DNA of 64,000 nt. It comes from Octopus vulgaris. Lineage: Eukaryota. This document shows positions 1 through 55,516 of the stretch, in pieces. The position numbers were made by a program, and so were the translations under genes. The DNA lies in contig OX597824.1 in the NCBI GenBank assembly GCA_951406725.2, forward strand, positions 98,332,001-98,396,000. Reading direction: 5' to 3'. The first letter of the stretch is position 1. The number at the start of each line of letters is the position of its first letter. The notes under the pieces were generated by a model, which was given only the letters and a program-made list of their open reading frames with translations, was not told the DNA's origin and searched no databases.

Positions 1-361
1 GAGTGGCTGTGTGGTAAGAAGTTTGCTTCCCCACCTCATGGTTCCAGGTTCAGTCCCACTGCATGGAGCTTTGAACAAGTATCTTCTATAGCCTTGTGAG
101 TGGATTTGGTATATGGAAACTGAATGAAGCCCACCGTGTGTGTGTGGGTGTGAGTATGCATCTGTTTTTCCTCTCATCACTGCTTGACCACTAGTATTAG
201 TGTGTTTACGACACCGATAACCTAGCAGTTCAGTAAAAGAGACTGATAGAGTAAGCACCAGGCTTAGAAAAGAAAAACCACTGAGGTCAGTTCATTTGAC
301 TAAAGAAATTATTCAAGGTGTCGCCACAGCCTAATGACTGAAACAAGTAAAAAATAAAAGA
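1..361 (+). mobile_element. tRNA-derived SINE, family A (cut by window edge)
   Basis: A box GTGGCTGTGTGGTAAG and B box GGTTCAGTCCC; body matches copies at 1599, 12887, 30931 and 48879. Confidence 0.85.
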
Positions 362-1305
362 TAGACATGTTAAGTGCTGACTGACAGAAAAAGATTATTC
401 AACAAAAAAGCAGGGTTTAATAATAATTCATTCTGGTTCAGTCAGTCTGTGCCTTCTCTGAGTTGTGTCTTTGGGTGCCCAGGGAGTTACCACTTTCCCG
501 AGGACCCCCTGCACTCACAGGAGAAACCCAGAACAGCAAGGGACTGACTGAATAAAATAGAATATATTTATATGTAATATATTGACCAAAGTATCCAGCA
601 TTATAGATCCTTTGCACCTAATCTCACCAATCAGTTGGAACCAATTGGTAAGATCGGCAATAATGGATCTTTATTACTGTCTTGGGCAAGTCCTGTGTAT
701 GAGAACCTTCTTCAACACTCTCTATACGACCTGGGGTGAGGAGCTGTACTCTCCCCTACAAGTAGATTACTGGGGCTTCAACTGCCATGGCTAGTCTTGA
801 GATGAAACCATTGCAGTGGTTTCCTGTTGCCTTCTCCAGGCAGGTGGGATTTGAACTCAGAATGTAGAGAACTGGGAGGCGTACTGTAAAGCACTTCTGC
901 GCACGTGTCAAGGATTCTATCACCAACACAGTGACATGAAATGAAGTGTCTTGCTCAAGATCACAATGCACCACTCAGTCCTAGAATCAAACCCACCATC
1001 TCAGGATTGTGAGTTCAGCACCCTAACCACTAGGCTACGTGCCCTTCACATATAAAACCCCAAACTTTGATCAATTTGCATAATTCATTGACAAATGTAC
1101 GAGTGCATATTTTTTCTGACTTTGGATTCTTATATGATTATATGTATAGGAGGGGGGTGGAGAAGCAATTAAGAGGGGGACAAAAGTGTAGCATTAGTAG
1201 TGGCAGTAGCAGCAGCAGCAGCAGCAGTAGTAGTGATGGTGGTGGTGGTGGTGGTGGTGGTGGTGATGGTTGTGGTGGTGGTGGTGGTGGTGGTGGTGGT
1301 ATTAC

Positions 1306-1490
1306 CTGTGTAGTAATGTATCACTTTCTCCTGCCTCTCTTTACGGATCTTCTTGATTTGATCTCGGGACTTGAGTTTCATTTCTTGCTCGCTTAACCCT
1401 GGAACGATGTCTTCGGTTGGCTGCGAATGGAACAAAGCAGCCAGGATTTCAAGACCATCGAGCAGCGTGTCGTTGTTTAAGTCATGTAAC
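1306..1490 (-). CDS. MCFD2: MCFD2-like coding exon 3 (EF-hand 1)
   Basis: Long pyrimidine tract ttccag|G TTA CAT GAC; EF loop DLNNDTLLDGLE; donor CAG|gtaata. Confidence 0.85.
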
Positions 1491-1806
1491 CTGGAAGAGA
1501 GAAAGAGAGAAAGAGTGAGAGGAGTGATTGGTGGTGGGCGGAGGGGGGAGGGTATGCTATAGAACTGACCTCAGTCCACACACTGGTCTGTATAACTGTT
1601 ACTCTTTTACTCTTTTACTTTTTTCAGTCATTTGACTGCGGCCATACTGGAGTACCGCCTTTAGTCGAGCAACTCGACCCCGGGACTTATTCTTTGTAAG
1701 CCCAGTACTTATTCTATTGGTCTCTTTTGCTGAACCGCTAAGTGACGGTGATGTAAACACACCAGCATCGGTTGTCAAGCACATGCTAGGGGGACAGACA
1801 CAGACG

Positions 1807-1846
<40 letters not shown>

Positions 1847-2141
1847 TATATATGACGGGCTTCTTTCAGTTTCCGTCTACCAAATCCACTCACAAGGCTT
1901 TGGTTGGCCCGAGGCTATAGTAGAAGACACTTGTCCAAGGTGCCATGCAGTGGGACTGAACCCGGAACCATGTGGTTGGTAATCAAGCTACTTACCACAC
2001 AGCCACTCCTGCGCCTACAACTGTTGTGTATATCCCCATCATCATCAGCAGCATATTCATTTATCCATGCTAGCATGGGTTGGAAGGAGTTTTCTGAGGC
2101 AGATTTTCAAGGCTTGGTGGCAGACAGAGAGTAAAGAAATG

Positions 2142-2195
<54 letters not shown>

Positions 2196-2370
2196 TGTAT
2201 TTAATCTTACTTGAAGAAATGGAATTCTATTTCTTCAGGGCTCAGTTCCTTTTCGCCAATATTGGTAATTTCTTGCAAATGACTTCTGATATGTCTGCAA
2301 CAACAAGAACAACAACAACATCAATGAACACAACATTAGTTATCAACAACACAACCACCACCACCACCAT

Positions 2371-2408
<38 letters not shown>

Positions 2409-3414
2409 AACTACTACTTTAGTGACAGTTGTAATAAAAATGCTTTGTGATTATTTAGGATGGAGCATCTCGACATATGACTGGCAACCCATATTCATTT
2501 AGAGGCTATTTGTTTGCACACACACACATATATATATATATATATACATACATACATACATACATACATCATTATTTAATGTCCTTTATCTATGCTAGTG
2601 CGAGCTGGATGGTCTGATAAGAACTGGTAAGCCAAGGGACTTTGTCAAGCTCCATTGTCTGATTTAGCACACGTGTGTGTGTGTGCACGCATGTATTATA
2701 AGAACACCATAATACTGCAGAATTGATCCTGTGACCATCTCTCATGTAGATGTCGAGCAGAGTGCATAGAGATTTGTGAGAAAATTCCAGTCAACAGACA
2801 CAAAAACAGTGATTCCGTGGTACTTTCCTTCAATCCTGGGGCAAAGAAAAACAAAGTTGATTACTTATTGAAGGCAATCCACAGTCACTTTCAATAGTTA
2901 ATTGACCCACAGTACATCCATGTGAACCACACCACACTAAGTCATGTGATCCACACTACATCCATGTGGTCCATATTCCACCCACCTGACCCACCCCACT
3001 TCTTCACCGTGAAACTTTTATACCCAACATGGAAACCCACCAAAATATCTTGGTTAACATAAAAAGTTATCAATACAGACTGACCCCTACAAACTTTGCT
3101 CCCCAAATATCTTGTTATCCCAATCCCCATTTAGATCCCTGTTTTATCCCCATAACGTGTCCCAGGGTTATACTATTTTTACATTTAATTTATGTTATCT
3201 TTGCCCTCACATTTATTTCTCGTTTGTTATCCCATTTGTTGCTCCTGTTTGCCCATCAGGCTTGTGTGTGTGTTACGTTGGCAACTTACTTTTCATCTTC
3301 GATGACGCTAGAATGGTAAAAATCTGATGCTGTGTTGATCCGATGTCCAGGGCTAAGAAGCACCATAACTGACATCAACATCCAGAAGAGGATCATCTTC
3401 TGAGACCCTTCCAT
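1306..3414 (-). CDS. MCFD2: MCFD2-like secreted EF-hand protein, 3'-partial; coding exons 3414-3290, 2294-2211, 1490-1306
   Basis: Spliced translation MEGSQKMILFWMLMSVMVLLSPGHRINTASDFYHSSVIEDEK|HIRSHLQEITNIGEKELSPEEIEFHFFK|LHDLNNDTLLDGLEILAALFHSQPTED...IHYYT. Signal peptide followed by a match to the MCFD2 pattern HIxxHL...SPxEL/IxxHY/FFKxHDxxxxxxLDGLE. GT-AG sites with consistent phases 2,2,1. The second EF-hand exon was not found in the window. Could be a paralogue. Confidence 0.8.
1599..2016 (-). mobile_element. tRNA-derived SINE, family A (full length)
   Basis: Highly similar to 48879-49280; internal (TA)n. Confidence 0.9.
2211..2294 (-). CDS. MCFD2: MCFD2-like coding exon 2
   Basis: gttgcag|A CAT ATC...TTC AA|gtaaga; encodes HIRSHLQEITNIGEKELSPEEIEFHFFK. 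Confidence 0.85.
3290..3414 (-). CDS. MCFD2: MCFD2-like coding exon 1 (signal peptide); exon starts at 3425
   Basis: Acceptor ttgttactag|attaaaagaagATG; donor GAAAA|gtaagt; phase 2. Confidence 0.8.
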
Positions 3415-4211
3415 CTTCTTTTAATCTAGTAACAAGGAGATAATCTGGAGAAAGTGAGATGATCTTGCAACAGGGATATAATCCAAGAATTTTGTCAGTT
3501 ATTTGTCAATTTCTTTATTTTTATCTGAAATTAAAAAAAGAAATATATATATATGTTATATATATACACACACACACACATACACATGCATAGATATATA
3601 AATATAAATATGTATACTTCTGTATGTATATATATATATACAGTTGAAATTTACAGAAAAACAAAAGATGAAAGCAGGTGTATAAACAACAAACAGGTGT
3701 ATTAGTTTGATGCTCAGGAAGGTGAGAAAGTCTTTTACATTTTGAGCCTAAGCTCTTCAACAGAAAGGAATATGAGAAAGTAAACAGAGAGAGAATAAAA
3801 AAACTTGTGGGTTTAGCGGTCAATCATATATATAATAATATAATGAAATTATTGTATACAATGCTCAGTATATACAAACAATTGCAGTGTGGAAGGTGTT
3901 TCTTAAATGGCTTATAAACACCTTCCACACTGCAATTGTTTTCGTTCCAGCACATGATCTCAGATCAGGTCACTTGCTATGCAAGTACATCTCCATAATA
4001 TATATATATATGTGTGTGTGTGTGTATGTTTGTGTATATAAATTCATGAGCTAGTTTTCTAAGTCAAGTCAATTTATGAGTTTGTTGTTTAATATGTGAT
4101 AAACTTTGGCCCAACTAATCCAAAATGCCATTTCCATTATTAAAATATTATTTTCGTTTTCGTTAATACAACCACAATGCATTAGAATATATAATAATAA
4201 TAATAACGATG

Positions 4212-4277
<66 letters not shown>

Positions 4278-5276
4278 TCATTACACTTTATTTTTGTTTT
4301 TGATTTGTTGTTTCTACCACACAGGGTGGATATAAATTGAACCTTGCTCCACCACTGTCTTGTAATTAGTCTTTTTAACCATCCTCACCACCACCACCAC
4401 CACCACCACCATTAACAATGCAACCATCATTATCATTGTCAACTTGATTAGTATCATCATCATCATTCTTGTCATCATCATCATCATCATCTTCTCTGTA
4501 ATTTAGTTTTCTTTTTCTTGTTGCCATAATATTGATTCTTGTGTTCCCCCTCAATCCATGAAGCAGCGTTGGTGGGAGTGAGGTACAAACAGACAAAGGT
4601 GGAGGGAGGGAGAAAGAGAGAGAGAGAGAATGGTGGTGGAGGCAACCGACCCTTCCCACCCTCCACTCCTTGTCTTCTTAAGTCAATTCTCTTTTATATT
4701 CTTGATTGACATTAAGAAAATAACAACTCCCTCTTTACAACTTCCTGTCTCCACACACACAGATACTAGTTAATTCACTTGTGTGTATGTGTTAGTGTGT
4801 GTGTGTGTGTGTGTTAGCGTGTGTGTTTGTTAGCATGTGTGTGTGTTAGCATGTGTGTGTGTGTTAGCGTGTGTGTGTGTGTTCGTATATACAAGCCACA
4901 GCTGGTCACTGGGAACAGATTTCACCAGGCCATAAATGGAAGCCAGCCACAAGTGAAAGCGATGATGTTCATCTGCCATTTTGGTCTGCCGGTCCTTCTC
5001 TCTTTCCTCTTTCCTATTAACTGGCAACATCAACATGACAGGTTCAAATCTGGACCAGGAGACAAAAGGTCGTGACGCAGTTGTAACTCCCATTGCTAAC
5101 CACCCTGAATCAGACATGATTAGCTTCTTAAATGCGGCAGAGTCCTTCCTGTTCAGGGAGGGGAAAGAGATAGAGGCCTCTGTTGGGGGACGTGTCCTCT
5201 GTGGACAAAGAAAAGAAACAATTCTGGTGAGCAAATGCCATTAGGATGGTTGAGTTGATTCAGCAAGGTCCAGGTT

Positions 5277-5640
5277 ATGAACAACAATAAACTTTTCAAA
5301 CTCCACCTGTCTAACACCAGTGGACATATTTACAAAGTAAGAAAACAGCACAGCTCCCATGACTTTAGGAAACATTTTTTCACGCTGAGAGTTGCTGAAG
5401 CATGGAACAAACTGCCGGCATCAGTTGTTAGTTGTCAGAGCACTGCATCCTTCAAAACTTCCATGCTTTCTGAGATTTGCCAACATTACACCCAATTTTC
5501 TCCCCTCCATACACACACAAGCATGTACCTGACTCATGCATTGTTCGCTTTCCAGACATTTGTACATTACTGCATGTACATTATACGCACTTTCTGACAA
5601 GTTGTGGTGCACCTGAGCACTGTATACAATAATTTCATTA
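5277..5640 (+). mobile_element. CR1-clade LINE 3' end (RT C-terminus and 3'UTR)
   Basis: TSGHIYKV...RKHFFTLRVAEAWNKLPASVV...SFK fits the CR1 ORF2 C-terminal pattern TRGH..KL..R..FF..RV...WN.LP. Confidence 0.85.
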
Positions 5641-6198
5641 TATATATATAACAACAACTTCAGTGTGGCAATGAGGACCAGCACCAAACCGTTCAAAGTG
5701 GTGGAGTCTGGGAGTCCAATGTCTGTTTTGGAATGGTTCTGTGAAGGGACGCCCTTCATATCACCAACTATTTTACAACAGTACAGGAGGTGCTTTTCTT
5801 TGTGGTACCAACACCAGTGGGTCACTTTGCAACTTGCAAAGGGATTGAATACCTCAAAGAAAACTAGGAAAGGGAGTTTTTTGTTTTCAGACATGGTAAT
5901 GAGAGAGGGTGACATATGATGAGAGGAACAGCTATATCCTCCTCCTCATCATCATCATCATTAATTAAACATTTACTTCTCACTTTCCATCTACCAAATC
6001 CACTGACAACATATGAACATATGTGCATATATATGTGTATGTATATGTATACACACACACACACACACACACACACATGAATGTATATAAATATATATAT
6101 ATTTATGTAAGTATACACATACATGTCTGTATAAACGTATATATAAATGTACATAAATATATATAAATTAAAATAAGCTACAAGGATATCCAGAGGTA

Positions 6199-6287
6199 AT
6201 GCAGTACGATCGTTTCACGCAACTCTATTTAATTGAACAATGCAATTATTACATCAATTTAAAATGTAGAGCAATCTTCAGCTGCAC
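6199..6287 (-). ncRNA. Type I hammerhead ribozyme motif
   Basis: gtgcag-CTGAAGA-long stem II-GAAA-cgatcg-TA-ctgcat; stem I gtgcag/ctgcat; palindromic helix III. Confidence 0.7.
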
Positions 6288-6438
6288 AAAGACACAGAAT
6301 TTAATTAAATTAGAACAGATGGACACATTAGTATAATTATACCTAAAATCTCCAAGAAGTTAAGGAGATAGACAAAGAACATGTTGTCTCCACTTCAGCA
6401 TAGAAGTAACTTCTAATTTAATTAAATTCTATGTTTTT

Positions 6439-6532
6439 GTGCAGCTGAAGATTGCTCTCCATTTTAAATTGATGTAATGAAATGATTGCATTGTTCAATT
6501 AAATGGAGTTGCATGAAACGATCATACTGCAT
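6439..6532 (+). ncRNA. Type I hammerhead ribozyme motif (mirror copy; helix III damaged by CpG decay)
   Basis: gtgcag CTGAAGA ttgctctccattt...aaatggagttgcat GAAA cgatca TA ctgcat. Confidence 0.6.
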
Positions 6533-6695
6533 TACCTCTGGATATCCTTGTTGCTTATTTTGATTTTAATCAGCTTATTTTGATTTTGTATGGATAATAC
6601 CATACTAAATTCTGGTGCCTCAACCTAAGTACCATATTCATCTGAATTTATATATATATATATATATTTTATTTCATTTTATTTTATTTTTTATT

Positions 6696-6777
<82 letters not shown>

Positions 6778-6841
6778 TATATACATACACACATACATGC
6801 ATACTTACATACATACATAGGCAAATGTATGTCAAGCTGTG

Positions 6842-6875
<34 letters not shown>

Positions 6876-7460
6876 TATATATACATATATATTATTTTAT
6901 GTTGTTTCAATTTATTCAGCAACTAAAAATGAGTAGTGCCTTGTATCTCAAAGGGCCAGCCTTGTCACACTCTGTGTCACACTGAATCTCCCTGAGAACT
7001 ACGTTAAGGGTATACATTGTCTGTGAAATACTCAGCCACTTGCACAATAATTTTACAAGCAAGCTGTTCCATTGATTAGATCAGGTGGAACCCTCGTTGT
7101 CATAAGCGACAGAGTGCCATAAAAAAAAAAACATATACATATATGTGTGTGCGCGTGTATATATATATATATATATATATATATGCATGTACTACTGTAA
7201 GAATCTCCCAGACAGTAACACGCTTTTTTACGTATGCACTGTCTGGGAGAGTCTTACAGTAGTAAGTAGAAAAGGAATCTTTAACTCCTATTTCTAAATT
7301 CGGAATGTGGTGAAGTAATTAGCTGATCCCTAATTATAATTATGTTTATAATTATAGAATATTTGTATAATTTTTACCTATAAAGGTTATTTTAACGTAT
7401 CGATCTACATTGTAAAATTATTAATTAATTGATTAATTAATTAATTAAATTAATTAATTT

Positions 7461-7497
<37 letters not shown>

Positions 7498-7532
7498 CAT
7501 GTATATATATATATATGTATATATATGTCTGC

Positions 7533-7596
<64 letters not shown>

Positions 7597-7893
7597 GTAT
7601 ATATGTATGTATGCATGCTCTACATGTATTCTTTCTCATTTGCCCAACATTAAGCAACAAACATACATACATATATACATATACACATATATATAAGTAT
7701 ATACATACATAGACAAATGTGTATGTATATATATGTATATAGCTTTACATACATTTGTGTGTATTTGTGCGTGCATACATGCATGCATGTATCTATCTAT
7801 CTATATGTATGTATGTGTGTGTGTGTATGTACATATACACCAGAATACACAGTTAAAAATGAATAAAGAGAATGAAATCAATTAGAATCTTAC

Positions 7894-8342
7894 TTTTTGT
7901 GTCTTCCATCCCACTGAGTGTCTGTGTGTCCGTGATGTTGATCTGGGCTGACTGAGTGTCTGGCCATACAGTAACCACCACTGCCACTACCACCATTAAC
8001 AGCAGCAGCAGCAGTAGTACCACCACCACCATCACCACCACCAGCATGATTATTAACAATATTAACCCCTCTACCAAGTCCACTATCATACCTCTACCGC
8101 CACCACCAACACCAACACCTATACATCAATTGTCAGTAATTTTCTCAGGTAATTCTCACTGCCAAGGTATGTTAAGATGTCAAAACGAATCTGACAGATG
8201 AGGTGTGTGGGGCGGGTTAACCTGGAAGATGTGAGCAGCGTCAAGAGAACTGGTTTGCTGTTGTTGTTGTTGTTGTGCTGGTGATTGTAAATGTGGAGAG
8301 GCATTTTATTTACTTTTTTTTTTCTTTTTGCTGCTTCTTAAT
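7894..8342 (-). other. Candidate upstream (5'UTR or alternative) exon of the MCFD2-like gene
   Basis: Acceptor ctttgtag|attaag at 8343-8344; donor AAAA|gtaaga at 7893; lies between the putative promoter and the signal-peptide exon. Confidence 0.35.
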
Positions 8343-9310
8343 CTACAAAGATTAAACCATTTTGATCTGAAAAAATTACAATTTTCCCCAATATCCTACA
8401 TAACTTCTGACTTGATTTTAAAAGGAAACATAAATAAAAGGGACGTCGTGTCCCGACACAACATTCGCTTTAAGGATTACGTTTTGGTAATAACCAAGCT
8501 TCCATCGCTGTTGATTAACTTTTTGATAAGCTCGCAGGTTGTTTGTGGCACCAGTGACCGAACAGACACTGAGATATTTTATATAACATTTGATGGGGGA
8601 AGCATCTGTTGTGTCTCTTCTGGATGTCTGTTACTGAGAAGCTCAAGGAATGGTGAAGTCGTGTCACCTGGCTGTCCCAGCAGCCGTGGTGGACGTTTAT
8701 CACCTGTCAGTGATATAAACAAGAGTTGATATAGGAATCCATGTAAGAAGTGTGGTTAAGTGGTTAAGGTGTTGGACTCATGATCATAAGATGGTGATTT
8801 CAATTCCCGGACCAGACAACATGTGTTCTTGAGCGAAACATTTCTTTTTATGTTACTCCAGTCCACTTAGCCGCCAAAAAAAATGAGTAATCCTGCGATG
8901 GACCAGCATCCCATTCAGGTGGGTAACACATATGTTATGGAAACCAGGAAAATGGCCCTTGTAAGTTGGAATGACTCAAGAAGGTTTTTTACTTTTATCA
9001 TCTCATGAGAAATAACAGCATTCAACCTTCTCACACAAAATCTATTCTAAGTGCAATATATCATCATCATCATCATCATCATTTAATGTATGCTTTCCAT
9101 GCTGGCATGGAACTGGTAAGATGGAGAGTTGCACCACATTCCAATGTGATTTGGCGTGGGTTTTCTACAGCTGGATGCCTTTCCTAACACCAACAACAAC
9201 ACCAAGGGTGTAATGGCTTCTTTCACATGCCACCGACATGAGTGCCATTTACGTGACACTAGCAATGGCCATGATTACGGTTTCACTTGGCTTTATGAGT
9301 CTTCTCAAGC

Positions 9311-9348
<38 letters not shown>

Positions 9349-9352
<4 letters not shown>

Positions 9353-9653
9353 CGTGATCGACCAGGCTATCAGATGTTGCTACACACCGCTGGTCACAAT
9401 GCGCTTTGCATTGTTTTAGCCTTCAAATGACACCACCCTGCCGGCTAAGTGAGCAGGCCAACAGAAGAAAGAGTGAGCGAAAGTTGTAGTGAAAGAGTAC
9501 AACAGGGATCACCACCACCCCCTGCCGGAGCCTCGTAAAGTTTTTTTTAGGTGTTTTCACTCAATAAACACTCACAAGGCCCGGTCTGAGAATCGAAACT
9601 GTGATCCTACGGCCGCGAGTCCGCTGCCCTAACCACTGGGCCATTGCACCTCC
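9349..9653 (-). mobile_element. tRNA-derived SINE, family B
   Basis: Reverse complement of 40506-40811; head gcaatggcccagtggttagggcagcggactcgcgg. Confidence 0.85.
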
Positions 9654-9677
9654 ACACACATACATATATATACATAT

Positions 9678-9762
<85 letters not shown>

Positions 9763-9917
9763 TACCATTATTTCTTAGAGTCAAACCGACACATCCTTCA
9801 AGTTTTAGGTGCTTCTATGAGGAACTTTTAGGATCCGATTTTCATTTTTTACAACATGCAATTTTTTCTCTCATATAATATTCTGATATTCAGAGAGAGA
9901 GGGAGAGAGAGAGAGGG

Positions 9918-9956
<39 letters not shown>

Positions 9957-10980
9957 GCAGAGAGAGAGAGAGAGAAAGAGCATGCTCGGGTACCTGTTGA
10001 TTATTTCCAAGAAATAAAGGAGGAGAGCCCAAAACTTTCATTAATTCTGACTTGAGGGAAGAAGGGATTTTTTAATTCCAGGAACTAGGGAAAAGCAGAA
10101 TGTCTTGAAAGTTCCATTCCTACCAATCTGTTTGGGACTTGAGGGGCCTGTTACAACGAAGGTGCACCACACACCCACTGGGTCGCAAACATCAGATTTA
10201 GACTGAACTATAATCACAACTTGCTAGAAATAGCAGCTAAATTTTCCTTGAATAACACACATTATTTTAAAATAGAACACAGAGGATAATGTTTGAAAAT
10301 AAAGGACGGGATGATCATGGTTGGATTGGCTTTAAACACAAGTCTGTTTTGATCAGGGTCAACATGGGCTTAAACAAGAACAACAATCAACCCCCAACTT
10401 TACTACTACTACTACTACTATTATCAGTTAACACAATAGACACATATACTACAACCAGAACCGCATTAGCCACACAGGCTACTGTACAGAGATGTACAAG
10501 TTCTCATATTGACTAAGTCCACCTTGTCCGTCTCCACTGTGGTCGCCATCATCAAAATCTTGAGAGCTTCTACACGGTCGCTTGACCTGCAAGAAGCATC
10601 AACTAAACCTACCTATAAACGAAGGTTGTATTAAATAATGAAGTCTTAAATTAGATAGGATGGCCATAGCTGGATTGTCTTTGATTAAAGATCTGCTGAG
10701 TAGGGGGCTAAAACACAATAGTAACAACATCAACAATAATTTTATTCGGCCTTCTCGTACGCTTATTGTTGTTTGTTTAGCCCTAGGTGAGTATTCATTG
10801 AGCAAAACCGGAAAATGTGACCATCCCAGCTTTTTGTATTTCAAGATGTACATCATCCAATGTGTTTGAAATTCCTTCTTTCTAAGAAGATGGAATATCT
10901 TTCGAGGTGTACTTCGCTGCTATTTCTAGCATGTCATATAAAAGTCGTTCGAGTCCTGAAAAATTTAATGCAGGAGTTAC

Positions 10981-11160
10981 CTCCCTTGAATCACAATCCC
11001 ACTGTCTCCGTCACCAGGGTGCATCGCGCGCGCGAACGTCAACCAGAATAACAGAATATCGGTTGTTTAAATAGAACACGTTCAACTGCAATTATCTTGG
11101 CATCGTGTTGCTTAGCAACGCACATCATGGTGGCGCTTTTCTTGTCCAGACAACCTGTAT
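10981..11160. promoter_or_regulatory. Putative bidirectional promoter (DRC7 + / MCFD2-like -) with RFX X-boxes
   Basis: X-box GTTGCTTAGCAAC 11107-11119; second X-box-like TTGTCCAGACAAC 11142-11154; forkhead-like TGTTTA 11064-11069; CpG run gcatcgcgcgcgcg about 11021-11034; minus-strand donor GAG|gtaact at 10980. Confidence 0.65.
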
Positions 11161-11409
11161 ATAAATAAGATAAATACTAGAAAAAAGTAGATATACAAAA
11201 AAACACAAATTCACATACATACATACATTCACATACATACATACATACATACATACATACATACATACACACATACATACATACATACATACATACATAC
11301 ACATACATACATACATACATACATTCATACACACACACACACTAATAATTATTAACGAAGATAGCTCAATTCCTGGATTACGAGCGAAGACCTCCCCCCG
11401 TTTTTTGAC

Positions 11410-54612
<43,203 letters not shown>

Positions 54613-54848
54613 CCGCAGACGTTGTTGAGAGGAAGACCGTCCAAGAGAAATTGTGATGCTAAGACGACTCCGTAGATTATTTCTCTTCAAATATTTCCAT
54701 TTTATTTTCATTCTGTTTTTGTTTCGTTTCGAGGAATCGCCATGTTTTGTAATCCAATGAAATGTTTCCAAAGTTTGCCTAGTTCGCTAAATATTTCATT
54801 ATTTCACCACAGTTAACACAACAATCATTTTTATTAGGAACATGGATA

Positions 54849-54854
54849 AATAAA
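54849..54854 (+). terminator. Probable DRC7 polyadenylation signal AATAAA
   Basis: First AATAAA about 240 nt after the stop, followed by a GT/T-rich stretch. Confidence 0.55.
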
Positions 54855-55089
54855 CATGGTTATTTACTATTATTGTTGTTGTTGTTGCTGTTGTTGTTGG
54901 AATGGTCTAAACATGTGCCAAGCGACGTCCATGACAACGACCACGTCACAACCTGACAAAGGAATCAAAGCTAATCGCTGAGACATAAAAATCGAAGAAG
55001 GAAAACAGACGGGTAGTCATAATGGGTATATTGGGCTTCGTATAGTTATACCCCAGTGTTAGTTTAATACTATGCACTTGACTTTCGCT

Positions 55090-55357
55090 ATGAGAATCAA
55101 GCATAAAGGTTGTCCCAATTGTCATCGGGGCATTTGGGTTCAATTCCACCCAAGCTGTAAAAACATTTGGAAACTTTAGAAATATCTTACTTTCTAGGAA
55201 TATTGCAAAAATCGGCAGCGATTGGAACTGCACGCATATTGCGTAAAGAATTGTCTGTCTGTTTGAGGTCGTTTTTGTGACTTGACAAACAGTACAAACC
55301 CCGGCAGACACAACATCTTCAGTCAACATCATCACGATATTGTATTCTATACTTTGA
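55090..55357 (+). mobile_element. Third R4/Dong family 3' end followed by (AAT)n
   Basis: IKVVPIVIGAFG...ILQKSAAIGTARILRKELS. Confidence 0.8.
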
Positions 55358-55465
55358 ATAATAATAATAATAATAATGATAATAATAATAATAACAATAA
55401 TAACAATGATAATAATAATAATAATAATAGTAATAATGATAATAATAATAATAATAATAATGATA

Positions 55466-55516
<51 letters not shown>

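Larger units (their letters stand above)
6170..6650. mobile_element. Penelope-type pseudo-LTR remnant: about 145-bp inverted repeat (6170-6315 / 6411-6561) in a TA-rich site
   Basis: Arms are reverse complements with few mismatches; each contains a hammerhead core. Confidence 0.7.

Noticed and set aside
437-552. 11-bp inverted repeat ttcagtcagtc/gactgactgaa
   Set aside because: Too short, with no TSD or second copy to call a MITE.
626-730. Possible terminal MCFD2-like exon (ccccag|GRIESVEEG...DW*) in the correct phase on minus
   Set aside because: No second EF-hand and a weak acceptor; the real last exon is probably outside the window.
4375-4659. Minus ORF with poly-D/G inside the MCFD2-like region
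   Set aside because: Low-complexity trinucleotide sequence with no clear splice boundaries.
4880-5270. Overlapping ORFs upstream of the CR1 3' end
   Set aside because: No recognisable domain; probably a rearranged part of the same LINE.
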